Below are positions 37,534-46,703 of a DNA stretch of 64,000 nt, one piece after another. Every line of letters starts with the position of its first letter. Position 1 is the stretch's first letter. The notes beneath the pieces are model-generated. The model did not search any database and was not told the origin of the DNA. It saw only the letters and a list, made by a program, of their open reading frames with translations. Source of the stretch: Planctomycetota bacterium (lineage in GTDB: Bacteria; Planctomycetota; Planctomycetia; Pirellulales; Pirellulaceae); contig JBCCYK010000003.1 in assembly GCA_039189905.1 (NCBI GenBank), forward strand, positions 13,813 through 77,812, written 5' to 3'. Both the position numbers and the translations under genes were made by a program.

Positions 37534-40500
37534 TCATGACGCCTTTTCAACGGGTCCCTCACGCCACCAGGCCGGGACACCTGTGCCGTTGCGACTCGAC
37601 TCATCCCGCGTGCCGTGGCCAGATTCGACACCACGATCCCCGGTCGCGGTCCATTCATTTCGAGCGGCCTGTGCCATGGCTTCGTCGGCGTCGATTCGAC
37701 CATCCGCTGGCTCTCTTTCGAACCAGGCCCAACCGATGGGGTCGGTCACGCGATGCACGTCTGGGGTCTCATCAACCGTCGGTTTTTTGGGTAACGGCTT
37801 CTTCACGGTGATCTCTGGGGCAGTACGTTCCCGATACATCCTTGCGATCCGTCTGAGGCGATAGCGATAAGCCCCGACAGGTTTCTTCCGTGGCCGACGC
37901 TCTTCCAGAACGAGTTTGACGGGCTTGGGTTCCGGCGTGATGACGGGCTCGGGCGGCGTGGGCTCGATGACAGGCTCGACCTCAAGCACCGGCTCTGGAA
38001 TCTCATCGACCTCGGCTTCTTCCGCGATCGGCTCTTCGTCGACGCTCACCTCTTCGTACTCGTAATCTTCTTCGCTGAGTTGTTCGGCTTCCTCCGGTAG
38101 CATGATGTAAGCCCTTCCGGGAGTGCCTTGCGCAGGCAAACCACGGACCTCGGCATCGATACGATGGAAGATATCTGCAATGTGATCATGGCACGTGAAC
38201 ATCATCACTTGGTGCCCCAACTGAGCGAACGTCTGCAAGGTCCGCGCGGCGTGCTCGGCGCGGTCGCCGTCGAAGTTGACGAGGACGTCATCCAGAACGA
38301 GGGGCAACATCACGCCACGACGTGCGTAGGCGGACGCCAGTGAGAGACGCAGCGCGATGAAAACCGCTTCGCCCGTCCCGCGACTGAGGACCTCCAACGG
38401 TAGCGACTTGCCGTGAGCATCATCGATCTTGAGCTGATTGGTTCCCAAAGGGGTCCAGATTCGGACGTACTTTCCGTTGGTCAGTTGCCGCAGATAGGAG
38501 GAAGCCTCGCGAAGCGTTTCGGGTTGCCGCTCGCGTTCGAAGGTGCTGCAGACGTCCTCGAGCAAGGAGCTGGCAGTGGCCATGGTTTGCCAGCGAGAAA
38601 TAAGCGACTCGATTTGAGCCTCAACCGCGTTGAGTTCCAAACGCGTGGTCATCAGGCGGTTATCTTCGCCCAGTTGTTTCATCTCCTGCGTTAGCTCGCC
38701 TTTTGCGGTCTGCAGGTTACCAATCCTCGTTTCCGTGTCGGCCATCTGTGTTGTTAGTGATTCCCACCGACGTTCGAGATCGCTGGCACTGACGCCGTCG
38801 ATCTCGTACTCCACGTCTTCGTAGGGGATGTTGGTCCCGATGATGGAACGAATCTGTCGATCCACCTCGTCATGCTTGCGTCCTAGTTCAGCGAGCTGAG
38901 ACTTGCGATCCACCAAGCCGTAGAACTGCTGCGCGGTGGCGACCCCACACTTGGCCCACAAAGCACGACGTTGTTGCTCGGAGCGTTCGATGGCGCGCAT
39001 CTGCGATGCCTGATGCTTCTTGAGTTCCGCATCCTGATCGCGAAGATTGCGGCGTTGCTTGATCCAGTGTTGCTGCCGCGCCAGTTCCTCGTGAAGGTGA
39101 TTAAGTTGATCGAGCGGGTTGGAAGGAATGCGTCGTCGGGTCGGATGGGTTTCGCTGTGCTCCGCGACACTGACAAGCGGCGACGCCCCCTCTTCCGCGT
39201 CATACATCTCGGAGGGTTTGAGCGTCGGTTTTGTTTCCAATAAATCAACGTCGTCGCGAGCATCGATGGCTTCCAGGTAGAGACCCTCAATGCGTTTGGC
39301 GATCGTTTGTTGTTCGCGACGTCGCAGCTGACGTTCATCACGAAGGTCATTGAGACGCTTCATGCTGGCCTGCAGGGTTTCGTAGCCATCACCGAGCGTA
39401 CGAACAGATTTGGGTGACATGGTTTTGGACAGGCCCAGCCGTTCCAGCGTGCCTGTCCACTGACGTTTGGCTTCGCGCAGTCCGTCCGCAGCGTGTGTCG
39501 CGCAGTTGCGAGCGGACTGATAGGACTGAAGGGCAACTTCACGGGCATGATAAAGCGGCAGCATGGATTCCAGGTCGTTCAGAAGTGACTCGGATTCCCG
39601 CATGCGTGACTCGATGGCGTCGAGATTGGTGGGCAGTTCATCATCGATGTCGTGTCGCTCCGTTTCAACTTCGCGGATCTGACGTCGAATGCTCTCGATC
39701 TGTCGTTCGCAATCCTCCAGATCGATAGCGGTGGTGCGTTGGCCACGTTCGCGGCCCAAGTAGTACACCAGCATTGCCATCGCACCGAACAGGATGTACA
39801 GCATCCCGGTGTTCGGATTGGGTTCCGACACAAAGGTCGTGATCTGAGCGACGTTGAAAAGGCCATAGAAGATCAGACCGCCGCCGACGATGAAGGGGAC
39901 ACTGAGCAGCATCACCCGGTCCACCGGCAAGGCTTCATCGGTTGTCAGCTCGATCGACTCGCGTTCCAGTTCCCGGTAGTGACGGGTGAGCTTCTCGAGA
40001 TGTTCACCAAGTTGATGTCGCTGGCGGAGCGAGGAGATTTGATCGGTGGTGCGTCGAATGGCAGCCTGCAGGTCCGTGGCGTTGGCCCGCTGCAACACGT
40101 CTTGAAGTTCCGCGTCTTGCTTTTGCAGACGTTCTTTTTGTCCGCGTCCCGCATCCCGGGCTTGCTTAAGCTGGAACGTTTCCTCGCGGACGCGCTTGGC
40201 GGGTTCGGATAGCGTGGCAAGCGTTTGACGTGAGAGATTCGGGAGCGGACCCGTGTCTCCTTCCGCGAGACGCAGGCGGTCATCCTCGTTGATGCCAAGC
40301 CGGTCCGCGTCGACGTCGACCTGTTGCCGAGCCTTTTCGATCTGGGAATCCAAGCGTTCAATTTGTTCTTGGAGCGCCTCGACCCAGGTTGCTTGTTCGG
40401 TCGCCGCTTCGATGCGGCCTTGCAGTTCGAACAGCCGCTTGTTGACGGGAAGCTGTTCGGCTTTGTCACGAATCAGACGACGTTTGTTCTTGATCTCATC

Positions 40501-41418
40501 GACTTTGTTGCGACGCTCTTCCATCGACGCATCGATCTGAACAAGCTGCGCGGGGGCTTCGTCGGGCAGGTACGTTTCGTCCTGGATCTCTTCGATTTCG
40601 GCCGTGATCTCCGCGCGCTGCTGCCAAGCGTCGAAGACGCTGGTGGCGACTTCCACGCAGCGGGATTCCCGTTCCCAGGTCGACATTCGATTTCGCAAGG
40701 CTTCGATTTCTTGCGATTGCGATTGTCGTTGCGTGGCCAGTTCGCTCCAACGCCGAGTTCCACCTGAGAGGCGGCTGACCTCATCACGAAGCCGATTGCG
40801 GCGCACCACGGCAGATCGGAGTTGATTCGCGACAAGCGGGTTGGACAAATTGGCGTCAAAAGCATCCAGGTCTCGTTCGCCAACCAAGTCCGCACGCCCG
40901 GCACGAAGATTGCGTAGAACGTCGACCAGCGACACACGATCCAAGCCGCTGCTCAGCTTGTACAGTTCGTCCGCAGCAGCGGTGTTGTCGAGTGTGCTGA
41001 GTTCCTGTAGCTCGCGGATTCCGATCGCGAAGACATTGTTGTAGATGGCTTCATCGACTTGTCCCAGCAGCGACGTCAGGCGATGCTGGCCCTGGGTGAG
41101 CCCGTCACTGCCGGTCACCGTCAGGCGTCCGATTTCGTCGTTGTCCGATAGGGACGCATGGCGTTGGATTTCATAGCCACCACCGGGGCCGCTCACGCGG
41201 AGCGCCCCGCCCGGGGTGCCGCCATGAATCGGCGGCAGGTAGCGAGCGCGACGCTCTTCGGTGAAGCCGTAGAGCATCGCACGCATGAACTGCATGAGCG
41301 TGGTTTTGCCCGCCTCATTGGGACCATAAAAGAGTGTGAGGCCCTCGTTGAGCGAGTCAACGGACAGCCCGGTCCACACACCAAAACCATCGATCTGAAT
41401 GTCTTTAAACTTCATCAT
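37534..41418 (-). CDS. YhaN/SbcC-like AAA ATPase with long coiled coil, internal TM hairpin and charged C-terminal tail
   Basis: N-terminus MMKFKDIQIDGFGVW with Walker A GPNEAGKTT. About 900 aa of coiled coil are interrupted by two hydrophobic segments (about nt 39750-39920). Walker B/D-loop is LPLVLDDVLVNFD. The ORF-track start at 41532 is probably too far upstream. Confidence 0.8.
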   Translation of the reverse strand: MMKFKDIQIDGFGVWTGLSVDSLNEGLTLFYGPNEAGKTTLMQFMRAMLYGFTEERRARYLPPIHGGTPGGALRVSGPGGGYEIQRHASLSDNDEIGRLTVTGSDGLTQGQHRLTSLLGQVDEAIYNNVFAIGIRELQELSTLDNTAAADELYKLSSGLDRVSLVDVLRNLRAGRADLVGERDLDAFDANLSNPLVANQLRSAVVRRNRLRDEVSRLSGGTRRWSELATQRQSQSQEIEALRNRMSTWERESRCVEVATSVFDAWQQRAEITAEIEEIQDETYLPDEAPAQLVQIDASMEERRNKVDEIKNKRRLIRDKAEQLPVNKRLFELQGRIEAATEQATWVEALQEQIERLDSQIEKARQQVDVDADRLGINEDDRLRLAEGDTGPLPNLSRQTLATLSEPAKRVREETFQLKQARDAGRGQKERLQKQDAELQDVLQRANATDLQAAIRRTTDQISSLRQRHQLGEHLEKLTRHYRELERESIELTTDEALPVDRVMLLSVPFIVGGGLIFYGLFNVAQITTFVSEPNPNTGMLYILFGAMAMLVYYLGRERGQRTTAIDLEDCERQIESIRRQIREVETERHDIDDELPTNLDAIESRMRESESLLNDLESMLPLYHAREVALQSYQSARNCATHAADGLREAKRQWTGTLERLGLSKTMSPKSVRTLGDGYETLQASMKRLNDLRDERQLRRREQQTIAKRIEGLYLEAIDARDDVDLLETKPTLKPSEMYDAEEGASPLVSVAEHSETHPTRRRIPSNPLDQLNHLHEELARQQHWIKQRRNLRDQDAELKKHQASQMRAIERSEQQRRALWAKCGVATAQQFYGLVDRKSQLAELGRKHDEVDRQIRSIIGTNIPYEDVEYEIDGVSASDLERRWESLTTQMADTETRIGNLQTAKGELTQEMKQLGEDNRLMTTRLELNAVEAQIESLISRWQTMATASSLLEDVCSTFERERQPETLREASSYLRQLTNGKYVRIWTPLGTNQLKIDDAHGKSLPLEVLSRGTGEAVFIALRLSLASAYARRGVMLPLVLDDVLVNFDGDRAEHAARTLQTFAQLGHQVMMFTCHDHIADIFHRIDAEVRGLPAQGTPGRAYIMLPEEAEQLSEEDYEYEEVSVDEEPIAEEAEVDEIPEPVLEVEPVIEPTPPEPVITPEPKPVKLVLEERRPRKKPVGAYRYRLRRIARMYRERTAPEITVKKPLPKKPTVDETPDVHRVTDPIGWAWFEREPADGRIDADEAMAQAARNEWTATGDRGVESGHGTRDESSRNGTGVPAWWREGPVEKAS

Positions 41419-41470
41419 TGAAGTCCTGTTGAAGTGGCATCCGGCCAGTCGGGAACTCGGATCGGCTTGC

Positions 41471-42775
41471 TTAGCGAACCGTGCCCTTGGATTTGGAAAG
41501 GGTTGTGGCGGGAACAGACAGCTTGCCACCACGAAGCAAATCGACGCCCAAGAGCACGGCGTCGTTCAGAACGGTTTCGCGTGAATCGGCCGGCATGTCG
41601 CCCAGCATCTGGGCGACGGGTTCGGACAGGTCACTGTGTTCTTCCGTCATCGCCATCAAGGAACCACGCTGACTGGCCTCTTTGGAGTCGTCCGACGACG
41701 CGGCCAATCCTTGCTTCCGCAACTTGTCTGCGGCTCGAAGAAAGTCGCCCAGGATAGTGTCTTCGTCCGTCCAGCTTTTGGGATAGGAAGAAGGGGTGTG
41801 GATGGTCAGGCGGGTCACCCATGCCGCGGGGTTCGACTGCCCGTGATCGCGTCGAAGTTGTCGCACCAGTTCCGCTGGATCGCCGATGGACTGGAGCGTT
41901 TCAGCGGTCCCGCCCATGACCTCGAACGAGCAAAGGAGATGGCGACCGCTGTGTTCACTGGTTAAGGATGCAAGCTGTTGTCCGATCACATTGCGGAGCG
42001 AACCCGCGGTCCGGATTTCGTCGGTACTGATCTCCGTGTGACAATAACGGAAACGATCCGTGGCGACTTGGTGCGACCTCACATTACCGTCTGCGTCGAC
42101 GTCGACGACCAGGTATCCATGGGCACCGGGCTCGGTCCAATCGCGTCCTTGCGGGGAACCCGGCGCGCTGGCACCGCCCGACGATCCGCCTGCGATATCG
42201 AGACGGTTGTGCGGACCGCCTAACGCCCAGTAATCGAACTTCGCCTGCGCGAGGGCTTCTGCTGAGGCGGTCCCGTGACCGACGCCGATGGTGAAAACAT
42301 CTTGGGGTTCGCACTGGAATCCGGCTGCGTTGAGCCCGGATCTTCCTTGGGAACTTCGACCGACCAAAGCACAGATGCTTCGCCCGCCACGTTCGTGCAG
42401 GATGGTTTGGGGGCGGTCTTTCGGAAAGAGTGTGATCCCGGACGGCATCGGGATCGCCTCGGGCCATCTTTGCGGGTCATCGGCGGTGCCGGCCGCCCAA
42501 TAGACCGGTTTGCCTGCCGTGTGGAGCTGGTCCAAGCCATCGAGGATGACCGACATGCCGTGCGGTCCAGCCGCAACGGGGTTGAGAAGATCACCCGTGA
42601 GGACCAAGAAATCGATGTTGTCCGCCAGGGCCGCTTCGAACACGTTGCGGGCAGCGTCCGCGGGGGCCGTCGCAAGCGCGTCGGCCAGATGGGGTGGCAA
42701 CTGATCCAGGTCGCCCAGTGGCGTTTCCAGATGGAAGTCGCTGGCAAGTATGAACCGGAATGATTCGCCCGACAT
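41471..42775 (-). CDS. YhaO/SbcD-like metallophosphoesterase (DNA repair exonuclease family)
   Basis: Calcineurin-like phosphoesterase motifs: ASDFHLE, LVLTGDLLNP, GVGHG, GGPHNR. The ATG at 42775 is preceded by GGAGGAAACC, one of the few clear SD sequences in the window. Confidence 0.8.
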   Translation of the reverse strand: MSGESFRFILASDFHLETPLGDLDQLPPHLADALATAPADAARNVFEAALADNIDFLVLTGDLLNPVAAGPHGMSVILDGLDQLHTAGKPVYWAAGTADDPQRWPEAIPMPSGITLFPKDRPQTILHERGGRSICALVGRSSQGRSGLNAAGFQCEPQDVFTIGVGHGTASAEALAQAKFDYWALGGPHNRLDIAGGSSGGASAPGSPQGRDWTEPGAHGYLVVDVDADGNVRSHQVATDRFRYCHTEISTDEIRTAGSLRNVIGQQLASLTSEHSGRHLLCSFEVMGGTAETLQSIGDPAELVRQLRRDHGQSNPAAWVTRLTIHTPSSYPKSWTDEDTILGDFLRAADKLRKQGLAASSDDSKEASQRGSLMAMTEEHSDLSEPVAQMLGDMPADSRETVLNDAVLLGVDLLRGGKLSVPATTLSKSKGTVR

Positions 42776-43018
42776 GGTTTCCTCCTTGAAACAAGTCCCG
42801 CCGTCATCGCTACGGTGGTGCGCGTTCGGTGCCCACGGGAACGGTCCAGACCTGAGTCGCCGCGAGCGTCGAAACACAACAGCGTGAAACTGTAGCGAAA
42901 CCGTCAGTTTCCCGCAAAATCAATTTGGCCAGTAAATTGCGGCGATTGTTGAGACGCAAGAAGAGCGAGTTCGGCTTGTGATTCCGTTCCTATGTGTTCT
43001 GTCGCAGCTTAGTTGTCG

Positions 43019-43081
43019 GGTAGGGCCGGTTCCTACCGGCCACTGGCAAATCACAGGTTGGCCGGTGGGAATCGGCCCAAC
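43019..43081. repeat. inverted pair of 20-nt GC-rich repeats (REP/terminator-like)
   Basis: GGGCCGGTTCCTACCGGCCA (43023-43042) matches the reverse complement of 43059-78 (GGGCCGATTCCCACCGGCCA) at 18 of 20 positions. Each copy is also self-complementary (GGCCGGT/ACCGGCC). The pair lies between the SMP-30 gene end and the yhaO-like promoter region. Confidence 0.65.
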
Positions 43082-43122
43082 TCGTCGCGTCTTCCACCCG
43101 AAAATCAAGCTGCGCCTGTTTA

Positions 43123-44067
43123 CTAACGCAGTCCCGCAATCGGCATGGCAACTTGGTAGACGCCAGTTCGCGCGGTGACGATCAGCGTTTTGAATTCCGG
43201 GCCCCCGAACGTCACATTGGCCGGTTGCTGGGGAAATCGCACCAACCCGAGTTGCCGACCATCGGGGCTGACGATCTCGACGCCCAGATTGGTCGTGATG
43301 TAGAGGTTGCCCTCAATATCAAGCGTCATTCCATCGCCCCCTGTGCCGGTTTTGCCTTCCGGTTGCTGGAGCGTGCAGAACACGCGCCCGTCTTGGAGTT
43401 TGCCGGGTCCCGCCACATCGTACGCAAGCATGTCGGACTGTTGGCTGGGGATCACATAGAGCGTCTCGCCATCGGGGGACAAGCCAATCCCATTGGGAGC
43501 CGCGATGTCGCCCGTCACACGTGACACGTTGCCATCGGCAGCCAGGTAGTAGACGGCTTGGACTTCTTGCGGCAATGGGGTCGGGGCGCGGAACAGCGGG
43601 TCCGTGAAATAGAGGCCACCCGCGTCGTCGGGGACCAGATCGTTGCAAGCGTTGAATCGTGCCCCGTCGTGCTGGTCAATCAACACAGTCCGTTCACCCG
43701 TTTCGAGCGAGTAGCGAACCACGGCCCCGTCCATTTCGCACGCCAACATCTGCCCTTCACCGAGATACCACAGCCCGTTGGCATGGTTGGATTTGTCGGT
43801 GAACACGCTGAGCGTGCCATTGGTGGCAACACGGTGAATCGTGCTGTTAGGAATGTCTGTGAAGTAAAGCGTGCCGTCCCCGGTCACGGCGGGACCTTCT
43901 GTGAAGGCAAAGCCTTCGTGCACCGTTTCAACCTCGCCAACCGGTCGGATCTGATGGGTTTCCTCGGCGGCAGCCTCCCAGCCCAAGGCCAGTCCGGCGA
44001 AGACGATCAGCTTGGCACCACAAACTCTGGAAAATGAAGATATCACGGCGTCGGATCGTGTTGTCAT
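43123..44067 (-). CDS. SMP-30/gluconolactonase/LRE-family protein
   Basis: Repeated beta-propeller signatures (LYFTDIPNSTIHRV, GLYFTDPLF, PNGIGLSPDGETLYV, DGMTLDIEGNLYIT). The start at 44067 forms an ATGA overlap with the upstream gene. Confidence 0.85.
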   Translation of the reverse strand: MTTRSDAVISSFSRVCGAKLIVFAGLALGWEAAAEETHQIRPVGEVETVHEGFAFTEGPAVTGDGTLYFTDIPNSTIHRVATNGTLSVFTDKSNHANGLWYLGEGQMLACEMDGAVVRYSLETGERTVLIDQHDGARFNACNDLVPDDAGGLYFTDPLFRAPTPLPQEVQAVYYLAADGNVSRVTGDIAAPNGIGLSPDGETLYVIPSQQSDMLAYDVAGPGKLQDGRVFCTLQQPEGKTGTGGDGMTLDIEGNLYITTNLGVEIVSPDGRQLGLVRFPQQPANVTFGGPEFKTLIVTARTGVYQVAMPIAGLR

Positions 44068-45602
44068 GACAAGAGCTCTTTCCGAAGGGTGGTCACCGAG
44101 TCCAACAAGGGACGTTGTTTGCCGGAGGAGTCCAGCAGGCCGGAGTGTGGCGAGACATGAGGATGCTGGTCCGACCATGATTCCCAGACGATGGCATGCA
44201 CGATCGGTTTGGCTAGCAAGGTCCGGATCAGGGGACCGGCAAAACGGTTCTGCCAATCAGCCCACGCGTCTGCGTCCCCGTTCAGTTGCAGCGACATGGG
44301 ATACGTTTCGGTTTTGAGCCGAGCGAGATCGTCATTGCCAGGTGCCCCGGCAACCGACAGCTGCACCATCAACGGAGCGTTGAGCGTGCCCCAGCGGTCG
44401 AGCGTTTGACCGAAGTCCATCGTTGACAGGGGCGACGTCGCATGTTGAGCAAAGCCAAATCGAAAGTTCAGTCCGATACCGGCAAGCCCCAGTCCGCTAC
44501 GCAAAAGCGCGTCGGCGAAGTGCAGGGGTGAAATCCCATTCTGGTCACGCGATAGGTATTCTCCACAAGGTTGGTCGAGTGAAATGACCACCGGTGTGGT
44601 GGGGTCACAACGGCGAATCGTTTGTAAGGCCGTGATCGACAGGTGCATGACCTGTTCGTCATCGAGCTTCAAAGGGCCGGCAGTGTTGAGTGCCGTCGCC
44701 GCATTCCAAAGGTTGACGCGGCCTCGAAAGTGGGTGACGGTTTTTTCGAGGAAGCTGGTCATCGTTTCGACCAACTTGTCAAAACGGTCGTCAAACAAGG
44801 CCAGCCAGTCAGGACACAGACCTTCGCGCTGATCAACCAGCGGTCCGCCAATGATCCGCAACCCTTGTGCCTGACAGGCAGCGACGCTTTCTTCCACATC
44901 CTGGAAATCGAGCTCGCCGGAGTCCTGTTGGATGTCGCCCCAGCTCATCCGAATCGCGGCCGCGTTGAAGGATTGACTGAATTGATTGAGCGCGGGCACC
45001 CGATCGGCGAGTGTCTCCGACGCGGAGGGTTCCGAAGGGGCGGATGGCACGATGCCCGCTGCCAGCATGGTGGTCAGGCGGGTTTCCCGTTTGCGGCGAA
45101 ACGCAATTGATTGCTCGGCGAACAGCGAACCCAGCTCATCCGCCGCGGATTCCAAATGGGCCAAGGCCACCAAGGTGCGTTTGGTGGTGTCAGGAGAGTC
45201 ATCCCAATTGGAAGCGACATCCAAGAATGCCTGCGTCCCGCTTTGAAGCAGCTCATCAAAACGATCGCTCAGGGCCAATCCGCCGCGCTGCCACGTGTCG
45301 GATTGAACGCGAACGCGATAACAACTGCCGCGGGCCAACTCCAGTAGGAACCGGTGAGGACGCGCGTCGCAGCGTAGCGAGCACGTTGTCAGGACCCGGT
45401 AACCAAGCTCAGGAACCGGGCAGGTGATGTGGAGCTTGGCTGACGAGTCAACGCTGCGCTGAATGATCAGCTGATCATTTTGAAAAGAATTTCGGCTTGG
45501 CCAAGGGACTCCCTCGATGCCGCACAAATACGCGTCGGACCAATGGCAGGCATCAAAGAACTCCCGGGCCGGTTCTGGGACACTGAACTGCATTTGTCCC
45601 AT
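44064..45602 (-). CDS. hypothetical protein (possible glycoside-hydrolase-like TIM barrel)
   Basis: A long ORF with coding-like composition, translationally coupled to the SMP-30 gene. It has a weak GH-like pattern (RIIGGPLVD, VNLWNAATALN). The start at 45602 (MGQMQF) is a guess; the ORF is open to 45752. Confidence 0.5.
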   Translation of the reverse strand: MGQMQFSVPEPAREFFDACHWSDAYLCGIEGVPWPSRNSFQNDQLIIQRSVDSSAKLHITCPVPELGYRVLTTCSLRCDARPHRFLLELARGSCYRVRVQSDTWQRGGLALSDRFDELLQSGTQAFLDVASNWDDSPDTTKRTLVALAHLESAADELGSLFAEQSIAFRRKRETRLTTMLAAGIVPSAPSEPSASETLADRVPALNQFSQSFNAAAIRMSWGDIQQDSGELDFQDVEESVAACQAQGLRIIGGPLVDQREGLCPDWLALFDDRFDKLVETMTSFLEKTVTHFRGRVNLWNAATALNTAGPLKLDDEQVMHLSITALQTIRRCDPTTPVVISLDQPCGEYLSRDQNGISPLHFADALLRSGLGLAGIGLNFRFGFAQHATSPLSTMDFGQTLDRWGTLNAPLMVQLSVAGAPGNDDLARLKTETYPMSLQLNGDADAWADWQNRFAGPLIRTLLAKPIVHAIVWESWSDQHPHVSPHSGLLDSSGKQRPLLDSVTTLRKELLS

Positions 45603-45800
45603 GATGATCGAGGTAGCCAGGGGGTTCGGGGGAGGTGCGTCAGGACGCATGACGAGGTGCGGGCAAGGAAGGGGTTCCCCGCGCGGCCCCATGGTAGTCG
45701 TTTCAAACATGAATCGCGAGGCGATAGGGGATTCAAGTTTGGGCGGAACCACGTTCTATTGCGCGTCGCGGTTTCGCTCTCCTCGCCACGCTCGTCCAAA

Positions 45801-46703
45801 ATGCTTGATTTCGATCGCCAGGGTGCCCTGATCCGAACGGATCTTCCCTTCCCCGTTCGTCGCGGGAAGGTACGCGATGTTTACGATCTGGGGGATTCCC
45901 TGTTGATTGTGGCGACGGACCGGATTTCGGCCTTCGACTACATTTTGCCAAATGGGATTCCCGGCAAGGGCCGTCTGCTCACATCGATGAGCGTTCACTG
46001 GTTTGACTTGATCGAGCAATTATCGATCGTGCCGCATCACCTGATGGGGACAACGGTTCCCGATGCCGTTCGCTCCAAGGTACCCGAGGCCGACCTATCC
46101 GGACTGGATGGACGTGTGATGGTATCGCGCAAGGCCAAGGTGGTTCCGTTTGAGTGCGTTGTCCGGGGGTACCTGGAGGGCAGCGGTTGGCGTGAATACT
46201 TATCGACGCAATCCGTGTGTGGTGTTGCTTTGCCAGCGGGCCTGAAGCAGTGCTCCAGGCTGGAAGTGCCTATCTTCACCCCCGCGACCAAGGCGGAAGA
46301 GGGTCACGATGAGAATGTCTCGTTCGAGGTGATGGCCAAGGCGTTAGGTGACTCGCTGGCAGCACAGCTACGTGAGCTCTCGCTGCAAATTTACCGTGGT
46401 GCAGCCGACGCGGCGGCTCTGCGAGGCATCTTGATTGCGGATACCAAATTTGAGTTTGGCCAGCATGAAGGTCAGGTCATGCTTATCGACGAAGTGCTCA
46501 CACCAGACAGCTCACGATTCTGGGCTGCCGATGAATACCAACCCGGGCACTCGCAGCGTTCTTTCGACAAACAGTTCGTCCGGGAGTTTTTGCAGGAATC
46601 GGACTGGGATCGCGACAGCCCGCCTCCGCCTCTGCCAGACGAGATCGTCGAGCATACGCAGGCGCGCTATCAAGAAGGCTATGACCGCATCACGGGAGAA
46701 TGA
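45801..46703 (+). CDS. purC: phosphoribosylaminoimidazole-succinocarboxamide synthase
   Basis: Motifs GKVRDVYDLGDSLLIVATDRISAFD and LIADTKFEFG. The start MLDFDRQG at 45801 gives about 300 aa; the ORF-track start at 45480 is an upstream extension. Confidence 0.92.
   Translation: MLDFDRQGALIRTDLPFPVRRGKVRDVYDLGDSLLIVATDRISAFDYILPNGIPGKGRLLTSMSVHWFDLIEQLSIVPHHLMGTTVPDAVRSKVPEADLSGLDGRVMVSRKAKVVPFECVVRGYLEGSGWREYLSTQSVCGVALPAGLKQCSRLEVPIFTPATKAEEGHDENVSFEVMAKALGDSLAAQLRELSLQIYRGAADAAALRGILIADTKFEFGQHEGQVMLIDEVLTPDSSRFWAADEYQPGHSQRSFDKQFVREFLQESDWDRDSPPPPLPDEIVEHTQARYQEGYDRITGE

Noticed and set aside
45480-45800. 107-codon upstream extension of purC, and the 61717-62085 extension of the BNR gene
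   Set aside because: Both extensions overlap neighbouring genes or intergenic sequence. They lack similarity to the respective families, and the canonical N-termini or ATGA-coupled starts fit better.
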